Assembly (NCBI GenBank): GCA_963702005.1
Contig: OY969696.1
Span: 896,001-960,000, forward strand
DNA length: 64,000 nucleotides
Source: Candidatus Aminicenantes bacterium
GTDB lineage: Bacteria; Acidobacteriota; Aminicenantia; Aminicenantales; JAFGBC01
Direction of reading: 5' to 3'
The position numbers and the translations under genes are program-made. Of this stretch, positions 20,924-33,894 are shown piece after piece (the stretch's first letter is position 1; every line of letters starts with the position of its first letter). The notes under the pieces were generated by a model. It was given only the letters and a program-made list of their open reading frames with translations. It had not been told where the DNA came from and did not search any database.

Positions 20924-21443
20924 AAGCTACGCCGAGGGTCTTGTCCTCGCGCTCGATGACGACGCCGAATACGGCCGCGTCGAGAGCGAGCTTCAAGGGC
21001 TTTGCCGCCTGTTTAACGAGAACCCAAGCCTCCGGCGGACGCTGGATAGTCCTCTCTTGGCGGCCGGCCGGAAGGCCGAAGTCGTCCGGGATATCCTGGA
21101 TCGAGTCGACATCTCCGATAAAACCCGCCGTTTCATCCTCCTTGTCATGGAGCACAACCGGCAGGGCCTGCTGGCTGAAATCATCGAGGCGCTGCCCCTG
21201 GCTTGGAATGATAAGAAAGGGGTCGTCAGCTACGAGGTGACCTCGACCGCCCCGCTCTCGGAAGCGCAGAAAAGGAGGCTCGGCGCCGAGCTCGAGCGTC
21301 TGGAGAGGGCGCCCGTCCGTCTGACTTATGAGCTGAACGCGGCCGTCCTGGGCGGACTTTCGGTCCGGAAAGGAAACCTCGTTTACGACGCGTCGCTCAA
21401 AGGCAGCCTGAACCGGCTGCGGGCTCAAATCCTGGAAGGGTAG
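20901..21443 (+). CDS. atpH: ATP synthase F1 subunit delta
   Basis: [23 protein letters not shown]; synteny. Confidence 0.92.
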   Translation: MKNQTLIKSYAEGLVLALDDDAEYGRVESELQGLCRLFNENPSLRRTLDSPLLAAGRKAEVVRDILDRVDISDKTRRFILLVMEHNRQGLLAEIIEALPLAWNDKKGVVSYEVTSTAPLSEAQKRRLGAELERLERAPVRLTYELNAAVLGGLSVRKGNLVYDASLKGSLNRLRAQILEG

Positions 21444-21451
21444 CGGTAACC

Positions 21452-22968
21452 ATGGACATCAAAGCGGACGAAATCCGAAAGATCATCCAGCGCCGGATCG
21501 AAGGCCTGGAGATGGAGGTCGATATCCGGGAGGTCGGGACGGTCATCTCGGTCGGGGACGGCATCGCCCGCATCCACGGCCTGGACCGGGTCATGTACAA
21601 CGAGCTCCTCGAGTTCCCCAACGACCTCTTCGGCCTGGCCCTGAACCTCGAGGAGGACAGCGTCGGAGCCGTTCTCTTGGGCGAAAGCCATCGCGTCCGG
21701 GAAGGCGACATGGTTCGGCGCACGCACCGGATCATGGAAGTCCCGGCCGGCCCGGCCTTAATAGGAAGGGTCGTCAACGCCCTCGGGCTCCCCCTGGACG
21801 GGAAAGGCCCGATCAAGACCGACATCCACATGGCCGTGGAGCGGCTCGCCCCCGGCGTCGTGGACAGGCTCCCCGTCCGGAATCCGCTCCAGACCGGGAT
21901 CAAGGCCATCGATGCCATGATACCAATCGGCCGCGGCCAACGCGAGCTCATCATCGGCGACCGGCAGACCGGGAAGTCGGCCATCGTCCTGGACACGATC
22001 ATCAACCAGAAGGGCAAGGACGTCGTCTGCATCTACGTCGCGATCGGCCAGAAGAACTCCACGATCGCCTTTTTTGTCAAGACCCTGGAGGACTTCGGGG
22101 CCATGGATTATTCGATCGTGGTCGCCTCTTCGGCTTCCGACCCGTCGCCCCTCCAGTACCTGGCCCCCTACAGCGGCTGCGCGATAGGCGAGTACTTCCG
22201 TGATAACGGCCAGCACGCGCTCGTCATCTATGACGACCTCTCCAAGCACGCCGCCGCCTACCGGGAGATTTCGCTTCTCCTCCGGCGCCCGCCCGGCCGC
22301 GAGGCCTACCCGGGCGACGTCTTCTACCTCCATTCCCGCCTTCTGGAGCGGGCCGCCAAGTACGACGACGAGCACGGCGGCGGATCGCTGACGGCCCTGC
22401 CCCTGATCGAAACCCAGGCCGGCGACGTGTCCGGGTACATCCCGACCAACGTCATCTCGATCACGGACGGCCAGATCTACCTCGAGCCGGAGCTCTTCAA
22501 CGCCGGCGTCCGGCCGGCCATCAACGTCGGGATCTCGGTCTCCCGGGTCGGCGGCAATGCCCAGATCAAGGCCATGAAGCAAGTCGCCGGCAAGCTGCGC
22601 GGCGACCTCCAGCAGTACCGCGAGCTCCTGACGTTCGCCCAGTTCGGGACCGAGCTCGACCGGATTTCGCAGGCCCAGCTCGACCGCGGCCAGCGTCTGA
22701 CCGAAGTCCTCAAGCAGAACCAGTTCGCGCCCCTCCCGGTCGAAAAGCAGGTCCTCATCATCTACGCCGGGAACCGCGGCTTCCTCGACGAGATCCCGGT
22801 CGTCCGGATCGGCGAGTACGAGACGAAGCTCTACGAAGTTATAGCCAAGGAGCGGCCCGAGATCCTAATCCAGATCGCCGAGCGGAAGCAGATCGACGCC
22901 CGGCTCGATGAGGCCATCGCCGCCGCCCTGACCGAGTTCAACAAGCGCTTCCGGGAGGGCGCCGTCTG

Positions 22969-22969
<1 letters not shown>
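21452..22969 (+). CDS. atpA: ATP synthase F1 subunit alpha
   Basis: [45 protein letters not shown]. Confidence 0.98.
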
Positions 22970-25547
<2,578 letters not shown>

Positions 25548-25576
<29 letters not shown>

Positions 25577-26285
25577 AACCCTGGACACGTTCTACCAAGG
25601 CCGGGTCCTCGTCCTTCAGAAGAGAAGGGGATACCGGTTCTCCGTGGACGCGCCCCTGCTGGCCGATTTCATCGAGACCCGGCCCGGCGACGCCCTGCTC
25701 GAGCTCGGCACCGGCTGCGGGATCATCGCCCTCCTCCTCGCCCTCAAGCCGTTCCGCCGCCTGGTCGCCCTCGAGATCCAGCCCTCCCTGGTCGACCTGG
25801 CCAGGCGCAATGTCGGGCTCAACGGATTCGAGGAGCGGCTCGAGGTCCTCGAGACGGACTTCCGCTCCTTCACGACGGACGAGCGATTCGACGTCGTCTT
25901 TTCGAATCCTCCCTACATCCGGCGCCGGGGAGGCCATCTCAGCTTGAGCGAGGAGAGGTCGATCGCCCGCCACGAGGTCGCCTGCGACATTTTCGATGTC
26001 ATGGCTAAGACCGCTGAGCTCCTCGCGCGCGACGGCCGGGCCCATTTCATTTATCCCGTCCGGCGGACGACCGATTTCCGGACGGCCCTCGACCGGAGCG
26101 GCCTCGGGCTGCGCCGCTTCCGCCCCGTCCTTCCCCGGGAGGGCGCTCCGGCCAACCTGTTCCTGGCCGCCTGCGGATTTGAGGCCGGCCCGGCCGAGGA
26201 GCTCCCGCCCCTCGTCCTGTTCGGCCCGGACGGGACGTACTCGGCCGAAGCCCAGGAGATATTTTCAGGGAGAGCCCATGCTTAA
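25548..26285 (+). CDS. tRNA1(Val) A37 N6-methyltransferase family (TrmN6/YfiC-like)
   Basis: GYRFSVDAPLLADF, LELGTGCG, NPPY, ARHE. Confidence 0.88.
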
Positions 26286-27114
26286 AGTCGTCGAGAATTT
26301 CAAGGTCGTTTACAGGTACCGGGTCCTCATTCAAAACCTGATCAGCCGCGAGCTCAAGGCCCGCTACCGGGGGACCGTCCTCGGCTTCCTCTGGTCGTTC
26401 ATCAACCCGCTCCTGCTCATGATCATCTACACGATCGTCTTCGGGTTCATCATCGGCCCCCGCGACCCGGCCTTCGGCAAAAGCTCCATCCTCTACGCCC
26501 TGTTCCTCTTCTGCGGCGTCCTTCCCTGGTCATGGTTCGCGTCTTCGTCGATCGAGTCCGCCAATATTCTGATGATCCAGGGCAACCTCATCAAGAAGGT
26601 CCTCTTCCCGGCCGAGGTCCTGCCCATCGTCGTCGTGACATCGAACTTCATCAATTTTCTGTTCGGGCTTCCCATCCTGCTGGCGGCCAGGCTCATCATC
26701 GTGCTGCTCGTCCCCCAGTCCCCGCCCTTCTCGGCCTATCTCGCTTTGCTGCCTCTGGTCATGCTCGTCCAGTACATTTTCTCGCTCGGTTTCGGGTTTT
26801 TGATCTCATCGCTGACCGTCCACTTCCGGGACATCAAGGACATCCTCTCCAACCTGCTGACCTTCTGGTTCTTCGCGACGCCCATCATCTACCCGATGAC
26901 GTTCCCGGCCATCCAGCGTTCGAGCCTGTTCCGTTTCTTCCTGAACCTGAACCCGATGACCCATATTATCCAGGGTTACCACGCCACCCTGTACTATGGA
27001 CAGCCGCTGGATTGGCTCCACCTGGGAGGCACGCTCGTTTTTTCCCTGCTCCTGCTCTGGGCCGGCCATACCGTCTTCGACCGGCTGCGCGATTCCTTCC
27101 CCGAGGAGGTTTGA
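26278..27114 (+). CDS. wzm: Polysaccharide ABC exporter permease
   Basis: RELKARYRGTVLGFLWSFINP, FRDI, TPIIYP, LNPMT; multiple TM helices. Confidence 0.9.
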   Translation: MLKVVENFKVVYRYRVLIQNLISRELKARYRGTVLGFLWSFINPLLLMIIYTIVFGFIIGPRDPAFGKSSILYALFLFCGVLPWSWFASSSIESANILMIQGNLIKKVLFPAEVLPIVVVTSNFINFLFGLPILLAARLIIVLLVPQSPPFSAYLALLPLVMLVQYIFSLGFGFLISSLTVHFRDIKDILSNLLTFWFFATPIIYPMTFPAIQRSSLFRFFLNLNPMTHIIQGYHATLYYGQPLDWLHLGGTLVFSLLLLWAGHTVFDRLRDSFPEEV

Positions 27115-27115
27115 G

Positions 27116-28453
27116 GTGTACGCCATCGACGTCGACAACGTCACCCGGATCTACCAGAAATATTCGGCCCGGCACCGCTTCCAAACCTTCAAAAGCGCCC
27201 TGCTCAAGGGGGATTTTTTACGGGCCCTCCGGCCGGACGAGCTGGTCCGAGCCCTGGACGGAGTCAGCCTGAAGATCGAAAAAGGACAGACTTTCGGCAT
27301 CATCGGCGAGAACGGCTCGGGCAAGAGCACCCTGCTCAAGGTCGTGGCCGGGATCGCCAAGCCGAGTTCGGGCCGGGTCCGGACCCAGGGCAAGGTCTCG
27401 GCCCTGATCGAGCTGGGGGCCGGCTTTCACCCCGAGATCACGGGGCGGGAGAACGTGACCATCAACGGGATCATGCTCGGGCTGTCCAAGAAGGACATCC
27501 AGCAGAAATTCGACGAGATCGTCCGCTTCGCCGAGCTCGAGGAGTTCATCGACGCCCCGGTCAAGACCTACTCGTCCGGGATGTACATGCGGCTCGGATT
27601 CTCGATCGCCATCAACGTCAACCCCGAGATCCTGCTTATCGACGAGGTCCTGGCCGTCGGCGACGCCTCGTTCGTCCCCAAGTGCCTGGACCGGATCGAC
27701 GACTTCCGGCGCCGCAAGAAGACGATTTTGTTCGTCAGCCACGACCTGCCGACCGTCGCCAAGATCTGCGATAAAGTTGCCTGGATGAAGTCCGGCCGGC
27801 TGATGATGGTCGGCGAGCCCAAGCGGGTCGTCGACGCCTACCTCCAGGAGGTCACCGTCAAGCACGAGGAGAAATTCGAGGAGCGGAGCAAGACGATCGA
27901 CCTCGAGCAGAAGTTCGAGGAGGAGCGCCGCGAGAACCGCTGGGGGGACCGGGCGGTCGAGATCAAGAAGGTCCGGCTCCTGTCCCTCAAGGGGGCCGAG
28001 AAACATATCTTCGCCTCGGAGGAGGGACTGATCATCGAAATGGAGGTTGAAGCCCGTTCCCCGATCAAGGACTTCGTCTTCGGGATCGGCATCTTCAACT
28101 CCCAGGGAGTCGCCTGTTACGGGACGAACACCAATCTCGAGGACTACCTGCCCGTTTCGATCAAGGGCCGGGGCAAGGTCGCCTGCCGGATCGAACGGCT
28201 CGGCCTCATCAACGGGACCTACTACCTCGACGTGGCCGTCCACAAGAAGGACGGCTATCCCTTCGACTACCACCGCAACCTCTATTCCTTCATGGTCACC
28301 TCGACCTTGAAGGACGAGGGGATCGCGCGGCTGGTCCACGGCTGGAGCTTTTCGCCCAAGATCCGCATCCGGCCGCCCAAGCCGGCCGCCAAGGCCCGCC
28401 GAGCGCGCGCCGCCAGAACCCGACATGTCTCGAAAAAAAATAAAAAGCGCTGA
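27116..28453 (+). CDS. wzt: Polysaccharide ABC exporter ATPase with C-terminal Wzt_C domain
   Basis: [22 protein letters not shown]-terminal beta domain ([10 protein letters not shown]); GTG start. Confidence 0.92.
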   Translation: MYAIDVDNVTRIYQKYSARHRFQTFKSALLKGDFLRALRPDELVRALDGVSLKIEKGQTFGIIGENGSGKSTLLKVVAGIAKPSSGRVRTQGKVSALIELGAGFHPEITGRENVTINGIMLGLSKKDIQQKFDEIVRFAELEEFIDAPVKTYSSGMYMRLGFSIAINVNPEILLIDEVLAVGDASFVPKCLDRIDDFRRRKKTILFVSHDLPTVAKICDKVAWMKSGRLMMVGEPKRVVDAYLQEVTVKHEEKFEERSKTIDLEQKFEEERRENRWGDRAVEIKKVRLLSLKGAEKHIFASEEGLIIEMEVEARSPIKDFVFGIGIFNSQGVACYGTNTNLEDYLPVSIKGRGKVACRIERLGLINGTYYLDVAVHKKDGYPFDYHRNLYSFMVTSTLKDEGIARLVHGWSFSPKIRIRPPKPAAKARRARAARTRHVSKKNKKR

Positions 28454-28919
28454 GGCCCTGCGGCGCGTCCGGGCGCGCCTGCGCCGGGAGGGAAAGACCG
28501 TCGTTTTCACGAACGGCTGCTTCGACCTCCTCCACAAAGGGCACATCCGTCTGTTCCGGAAGGCGAAGAGCCTCGGCGACGTCCTGATCGTCGGGCTCAA
28601 CACGGATGCCTCGGTCCGGCGCCTCAAGGGGCCGGGCCGGCCCATCCTTCCCCTCCGCGAGCGGCAGGAGGTCCTGGCCGCGATTTCCGATATCGACTAC
28701 GTGACGTCTTTCCCCGAAGCGACCCCGCGCCGCATCATCGCCAAGATCCTCCCCGACGTCCTCGTCAAGGGCGGCGACTGGGGGCCGGACAGGGTCGTCG
28801 GCCGGGAGGAGGTCGAGGCCGCCGGCGGACGGGTCGTCATCGTTCCCTATCTCAAGGGGCGTTCGAGCACGTCCATCATCCGGAAGGTGCGCCGGAGCTT
28901 TGGGAAGGGCTCGGGATAG
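28425..28919 (+). CDS. rfaE2: D-glycero-beta-D-manno-heptose 1-phosphate adenylyltransferase (RfaE domain II)
   Basis: [40 protein letters not shown]. Confidence 0.92.
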   Translation: MSRKKIKSAEALRRVRARLRREGKTVVFTNGCFDLLHKGHIRLFRKAKSLGDVLIVGLNTDASVRRLKGPGRPILPLRERQEVLAAISDIDYVTSFPEATPRRIIAKILPDVLVKGGDWGPDRVVGREEVEAAGGRVVIVPYLKGRSSTSIIRKVRRSFGKGSG

Positions 28920-28945
28920 CCGACTTATGGTATGATGTCTCCGTC

Positions 28946-29671
28946 ATGGAGAGGGCCGTGCCCGCAGCCGACATTTCGGCCGTCATCCTCTGCTACCGGG
29001 CCGGTCGGGGGGCCGAGGCGTTCGTCCGGCGGGTGATCTCCGCCCTGAACCAAGAGACCGAGAACTGGGAGGCCGTCCTGGTCGGGAACTATCTCAAAGG
29101 AGTCCCGGACGAGACCCCCCAAGTCGTGCGCGCGCTCGCGGCCGAAGATCCCCGGATCAAGGCCGTCACCCTCGAAAAGGAGGGGATGATGGGCTGGGAC
29201 GCCCGGAGCGGCCTGGGCCGGGCGACCGGCCGGACGATCGCCCTGATCGACGGCGACGGCCAGATGCCGGCTGAAGATCTGGTTCGCGTTTATCGGACTC
29301 TCGCCGCCGGCGGCCTGGATATGGTCAAGACCTACCGAAAGCGGCGGGACGACGGCTTCCTGCGCTGGGCCAACAGCGTTATTTACAACGCCGTCTTCAG
29401 GTTCCTGTTCCCCGGGTTCAAGGTCCGCGACGTCAACTCCAAGCCCAAGATCCTGGCCCGCGAGTTCTACGAGAAGCTCGACCTCCGCTCCGACGACTGG
29501 TTCTTGGACGCCGAAATCATCATCCAAGCCCGGCGCCTAGGCTGCCGGCTGGCCGAGGTCCCGACCGTTTTCCTGCAATCCCGGACGCGGCCTTCGTTCA
29601 TCCGGGTCAAGCACCTCATCGAGTTCCTGGGGAACTTATCCGCCGCCCGGGTCCGGGAGTTCCGGCGTTGA
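28946..29671 (+). CDS. Glycosyltransferase family 2 (DPM synthase-like)
   Basis: IDGDGQ (DxD), RDVNSKPK, WFLDAEII. Confidence 0.85.
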   Translation: MERAVPAADISAVILCYRAGRGAEAFVRRVISALNQETENWEAVLVGNYLKGVPDETPQVVRALAAEDPRIKAVTLEKEGMMGWDARSGLGRATGRTIALIDGDGQMPAEDLVRVYRTLAAGGLDMVKTYRKRRDDGFLRWANSVIYNAVFRFLFPGFKVRDVNSKPKILAREFYEKLDLRSDDWFLDAEIIIQARRLGCRLAEVPTVFLQSRTRPSFIRVKHLIEFLGNLSAARVREFRR

Positions 29672-30543
29672 GCAAGCGCGTCTTTGTGACCGGAGCGACG
29701 GGCGGTTTGGGCCGGAGGTTGCTCCCGCTCTTCGTCGAACGCGGATTTGAGGTCGAGGCTCTCTGCCGCAAACCTCCGGCCGGCATTCCGAGCGGCGTCC
29801 GCGTCGTCCCGGGGGATCTTGAAGCGCCCGAGACCTACGAGGCGGCCCTGGCGGGAGCGGATGCCGTCGTCCACATGGCCGCAGTTACCCATACCAATCA
29901 GACCGGACTCTATTACTATATCAACACGGAAGGGACGCGCCTCCTCGTGGAAGCCGCCCAACGCCGGGCCGTCTCCCGGTTCCTATTCGTGAGCACGCGG
30001 GCCGTCGCCGAGGAGGGCGGACCATACTGCCGTTCCAAGAAACTGGCCGAAGACATCGTGCGGGCGAGCCGGCTGGCCTGGACCATCGTGCGGCCGTCCG
30101 AGGTCTACGGCGTCGAGGGGAGCGAGGCCGTCGGCAACCTCATCCGCTGGATCGAGCGGCTGCCGTTCGTCCCGCTCATCGGGAGCGGGCGGTATGCGAT
30201 GGCGCCGGTCCATGTCGACGACGTTTGCGCCGCGATCGTCAAGATCCTCGAAACGGAGGCGACGGCGGGCCAAACCTACACGCTGGCCGGGCCCGAGGAG
30301 TTCAGCTACCAGTCCTTCGTCGACCGGGTCATGAAGGCCAAGGGAATCCGCAAGCCGGTCGTGAGGATTCCGGTCATCGCGGTCAGGACCGCGGCCGGGC
30401 TGTTCGCGGTCGCCCGGATGCGCAGGCCCCCTCTCGTTCGGGACCAGGTCGCGCGGCTGCTGAGCCCTAAAGGGGCGGATATCTCGGCTGCCCGCAAGGA
30501 CATCGGATACGACCCGCGGCCGTTCGACCCCGGCCGGAAATAA
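29668..30543 (+). CDS. NAD-dependent epimerase/atypical SDR
   Basis: VTGATGGLG, YCRSK, TIVRPSEVYG, PVHVDD. Confidence 0.85.
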   Translation: MSKRVFVTGATGGLGRRLLPLFVERGFEVEALCRKPPAGIPSGVRVVPGDLEAPETYEAALAGADAVVHMAAVTHTNQTGLYYYINTEGTRLLVEAAQRRAVSRFLFVSTRAVAEEGGPYCRSKKLAEDIVRASRLAWTIVRPSEVYGVEGSEAVGNLIRWIERLPFVPLIGSGRYAMAPVHVDDVCAAIVKILETEATAGQTYTLAGPEEFSYQSFVDRVMKAKGIRKPVVRIPVIAVRTAAGLFAVARMRRPPLVRDQVARLLSPKGADISAARKDIGYDPRPFDPGRK

Positions 30544-30598
30544 AATTGTAAAAAACACGGGGATGGAATAGAAATTATTTAGACAAAAGGAGCTCAGC

Positions 30599-32233
30599 GT
30601 GAAAAAACTCAGTTTCGGCATTTGCCTCTTCGCGCTTCTCTCCGCCCTCTCCTGGGGCAAGGTCGGCGACGTCCTGAAAACAATCAAAACCCCGGGTCCC
30701 TGCCCGACCGGGCTGGCTTTTGACGGAAAGCATCTCTGGCTCGCCGACGATTTCACCGATACAATCTACAAGATCGATCCCGAAACCGGCAACGTCCTCT
30801 CGAGCTTCGAATCCCCCGGCCACCACCCCGAGGGCTTGGCTTGGGATGGGCAATATCTATGGAACGTCGACTCCGGAGAAAAGTTAATGTATAAGCTGGA
30901 CCCGGAAACGGGAAGGGCTCTCTCCATCCTCGAATCCAACAGCCCCAACCCGCGCGGCCTGGCCTGGGACGGCGAGTACCTCTGGATCGCGGACTTTATA
31001 AGCGACACTCTGCTCAAGGTCTCGACCGTGGACGGGATGATGGTCCAGACTTTCCCTTCCCCGGCCGGAGAGCCCGCCGGCCTCGCCTTTGACGGAAAAT
31101 ACCTCTGGGTGACGGACCGAAGCGAAGACCGGATTTACCTCGTCAATCCTTCAGACGGACTATGCCTTTCTTCCTTGCGCTCCTACGGGCCGTTTCCCTA
31201 CGGGCTTGCCTGGGGAGGCGATGCCCTCTGGAATGTGGATTACGAAAATGAGGAGATCTACAAGGTCAAGGTATTCGACACGGATATCGCAACGAAGTGG
31301 GATGAGAAGCGGCTTTCCTTGCGGTTCGTGAAGGAATTCCGGAACTACGGCCCCGGGACAGTCAAGACATTGGATATCTACCTGCCGATCCCTGAAAACC
31401 GGGACAATCAGTCCTTGCTGACGGCCGTCCGGTTTGACCCCAAACCGAATGAGGTGATCGAGGACAGCTGGGGCCAGAAAATCGCCCATTTCGCCTTCAA
31501 GGATCTCAAGGGTTATTCGATCGTCCGGCCGGGATGGACGGTGGACGCCCGGATCTTCGCGGTCGAATATTTCATTTATCCGGATAAAGTCGGCGCTCTC
31601 GAAGATATCCCTTCGGACATCCGAAAAAAGTACACCCAGGACGGCGATAAATACCGGCTGAGCGACCCCACTATCCGCGAACTCGCCCAGAAGATCGCCG
31701 GCGGCGAGAAAAATCCGTACTGGATCGTCCGCCGCGTCTATGAATATCTGGCGGACCACTTGGAGTACAACCTCAAGCCCGTGGGCGGCTGGAACCCCGC
31801 TCCGACGGTCCTTCGCAGGGGGACGGCCTCCTGCTCGGAATATTCCTATTCGATGATCGCCCTCTGCCGCTCGCTGGGCGTTCCCATCCGCTATGTGGGC
31901 GCCGTCAGCCTGCGGGGCGATGACGCCAGCGTGGACGACGTCTTTCACCGCTGGACCGAGGTCTACCTTCCTCCCTACGGCTGGGTCCCCTTCGACGTCA
32001 ACAAGGGCGACAGGGGAGAAGGAGCTCCGCCGGGGGATAAAGTCCTCGGCATCGGCAACATCGCCGCCCGCTACATTATCACGACGGAAAACGGGGGCGG
32101 CGATCAATATCTCTGGTTCGGCTACAACTACGGATTTAAGTGGACCTCCGAGGGCCGATGCCGCGTCCAAGAGGAAAGCTACGGGCTCTGGTCACCGCTG
32201 GGAGAGAAAAAATACCACAAACCGATCAAATAA
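30599..32233 (+). CDS. Secreted beta-propeller plus transglutaminase-like protein
   Basis: Signal peptide; five PxGLA(W/F)(D/G)Gxx(L)W repeats; catalytic triad ASCSEY, FHRWTE, PFDVN. Confidence 0.88.
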   Translation: MKKLSFGICLFALLSALSWGKVGDVLKTIKTPGPCPTGLAFDGKHLWLADDFTDTIYKIDPETGNVLSSFESPGHHPEGLAWDGQYLWNVDSGEKLMYKLDPETGRALSILESNSPNPRGLAWDGEYLWIADFISDTLLKVSTVDGMMVQTFPSPAGEPAGLAFDGKYLWVTDRSEDRIYLVNPSDGLCLSSLRSYGPFPYGLAWGGDALWNVDYENEEIYKVKVFDTDIATKWDEKRLSLRFVKEFRNYGPGTVKTLDIYLPIPENRDNQSLLTAVRFDPKPNEVIEDSWGQKIAHFAFKDLKGYSIVRPGWTVDARIFAVEYFIYPDKVGALEDIPSDIRKKYTQDGDKYRLSDPTIRELAQKIAGGEKNPYWIVRRVYEYLADHLEYNLKPVGGWNPAPTVLRRGTASCSEYSYSMIALCRSLGVPIRYVGAVSLRGDDASVDDVFHRWTEVYLPPYGWVPFDVNKGDRGEGAPPGDKVLGIGNIAARYIITTENGGGDQYLWFGYNYGFKWTSEGRCRVQEESYGLWSPLGEKKYHKPIK

Positions 32234-32249
32234 AATCAACTGCGAAAAT

Positions 32250-33398
32250 TTAATTCCCGCCGCGGCTTTCCCGAAGCTTGGAGCCGAGCCAGGACCAGAT
32301 TTTCTTGTTAAAGGCCAGGCTTGGCGGCTTCTGCTCCAGGACGGCCAGCAGGCTCGTCGACGCCCGATCGTCGGGCGTGAACCGACCCCGGAAGTCCGGG
32401 TCCCAGAGCAGCGGAAACTCCGGATGGAATTGGATGCCGAGGACGTTGGGGTAGGTCAGGTGAACGACGGCCTCGGGAATCCGGCCGTCGAGCGAAGTGG
32501 CGATGACCTTGAGTCCCCGGCCGATCCGGTCCAGGGCCTGATGATGGGAACTGAGGATGACCGGGGTCGCGGCGGCCGCGAAGCCCCAGTCCCGGACGAA
32601 GCGACCGTCGGCGGCGAGCTTGAGGGCGTGAAGATTATAGCGGATGAGGTTGAGGTCGGGGCGGAGGCGCGGCCAGGGATTATTGTGCCAGCGCGAGGGA
32701 CCTAGGGCGATGATATCCTCAACGAAGTTTTTGCCGTAGACCTCCTGCCAGATGTCCTGGATCATCGTTCCCCCCGTCCCGACGTTGAGGGTCTGGAAGC
32801 CGAGGCAGATCCCGAGAATGGGAAATCCCGGCCGCGCGTCGAGGAGGGGCTTGAAAGACTCGTCCTGGGATCCTCCCAGGAAGTGGAAGACGGCCGAAAG
32901 CTCGAAGTAATGACGGTAGGGATCCTCGATCTCGGCAAGGAGGCTCGTCTTCTTGCCGTAGACGGCCGGAGGGATGTCCGGTCCGCCGAAGAAAATGACG
33001 CCGTCCGCTTTTTTGAGAATGGTTTCGTATTCCGGCGTACAGGCGTTCTTCCGGTAGAGGAGGCCGGGGTCGATCTCGGCGGAGACGGCATGAAACTTCA
33101 TCCAGGTCAGCCCGTTGTCGGCCGCGTATTTGGCCGACTCGGCATAGTCGGTGGCCTCCTTCTCGTGGTAAACGCCCACGACCGTGAGGCCGGAGGGGTC
33201 GAGGAGCCCGTTCTTGAAAAGGGCGGCCAGGGCCCGGATGCTGCCCGTCGAGGGATAAAAAACGGCCAGCCGGACGCCGTCGTGGGGCTCGGGCGCCGTG
33301 TCGAAGAATCGGTCCGCGGGAGCGGCCTGGGGGGGGCGGACGAGGATCAGCGCCAGAAAGGCGGCCAGGACGATGATCGGGATGTTGCGTTTGCTCAT
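32250..33398 (-). CDS. Peptidase C26 / gamma-glutamyl-gamma-aminobutyrate hydrolase family protein with signal peptide
   Basis: FGGPDIPP, PILGICLGFQ, SSHHQA, GIQFHPE; N-terminal MSKRNIPIIVLAAFLALIL. Confidence 0.88.
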   Translation of the reverse strand: MSKRNIPIIVLAAFLALILVRPPQAAPADRFFDTAPEPHDGVRLAVFYPSTGSIRALAALFKNGLLDPSGLTVVGVYHEKEATDYAESAKYAADNGLTWMKFHAVSAEIDPGLLYRKNACTPEYETILKKADGVIFFGGPDIPPAVYGKKTSLLAEIEDPYRHYFELSAVFHFLGGSQDESFKPLLDARPGFPILGICLGFQTLNVGTGGTMIQDIWQEVYGKNFVEDIIALGPSRWHNNPWPRLRPDLNLIRYNLHALKLAADGRFVRDWGFAAAATPVILSSHHQALDRIGRGLKVIATSLDGRIPEAVVHLTYPNVLGIQFHPEFPLLWDPDFRGRFTPDDRASTSLLAVLEQKPPSLAFNKKIWSWLGSKLRESRGGN

Positions 33399-33505
33399 GG
33401 TTCACTCCTTGAAGAGGCGGATGCCGCGGAGGCTGGGCTGTCGAATCGTAGCCATTTACGGTCATTATAGCGGACTTCACTCGTTTCCTCTATAATGAAA
33501 ATCCG

Positions 33506-33775
33506 ATGTCCGCTTCGAAAGCTGCTTCATCCCGGCCGCCGCGGGAGGGAACCTGCCGGGTCGAGTTCTACGCGGGCCACAGATCCTGCGAGACCCCTCG
33601 TATCCTGATCTGGCGCGGCCGGAGGCTCGAGATCGGATCGGTGCGGAGAAGAAGCCGCGTCCTGGACAAGGCCTCGGGCCTGATCAAGGACGTATTTGAT
33701 TGCGAGGTCCAAGGCCGCCGGGCCTTGATCTCGAGGCCGCCCAGCGGGCCCTGCCGCGTCCGTTTCCTGGATTGA
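33506..33775 (+). CDS. Small hypothetical protein
   Basis: 89-aa ORF filling the gap; TATAAT at 33491-33496 directly upstream. Confidence 0.6.
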   Translation: MSASKAASSRPPREGTCRVEFYAGHRSCETPRILIWRGRRLEIGSVRRRSRVLDKASGLIKDVFDCEVQGRRALISRPPSGPCRVRFLD

Positions 33776-33894
33776 ACGCCGTCCGGCGTCCTGTTTCGGA
33801 GGGAACCTTTTAGTCCCGCCCTGCGTAATAGCTGGTGGAATGGACGGAGGAGGAGCATGGGGCGGGCCGGTTCGGCCCAAGGAAGGATTGTTCC

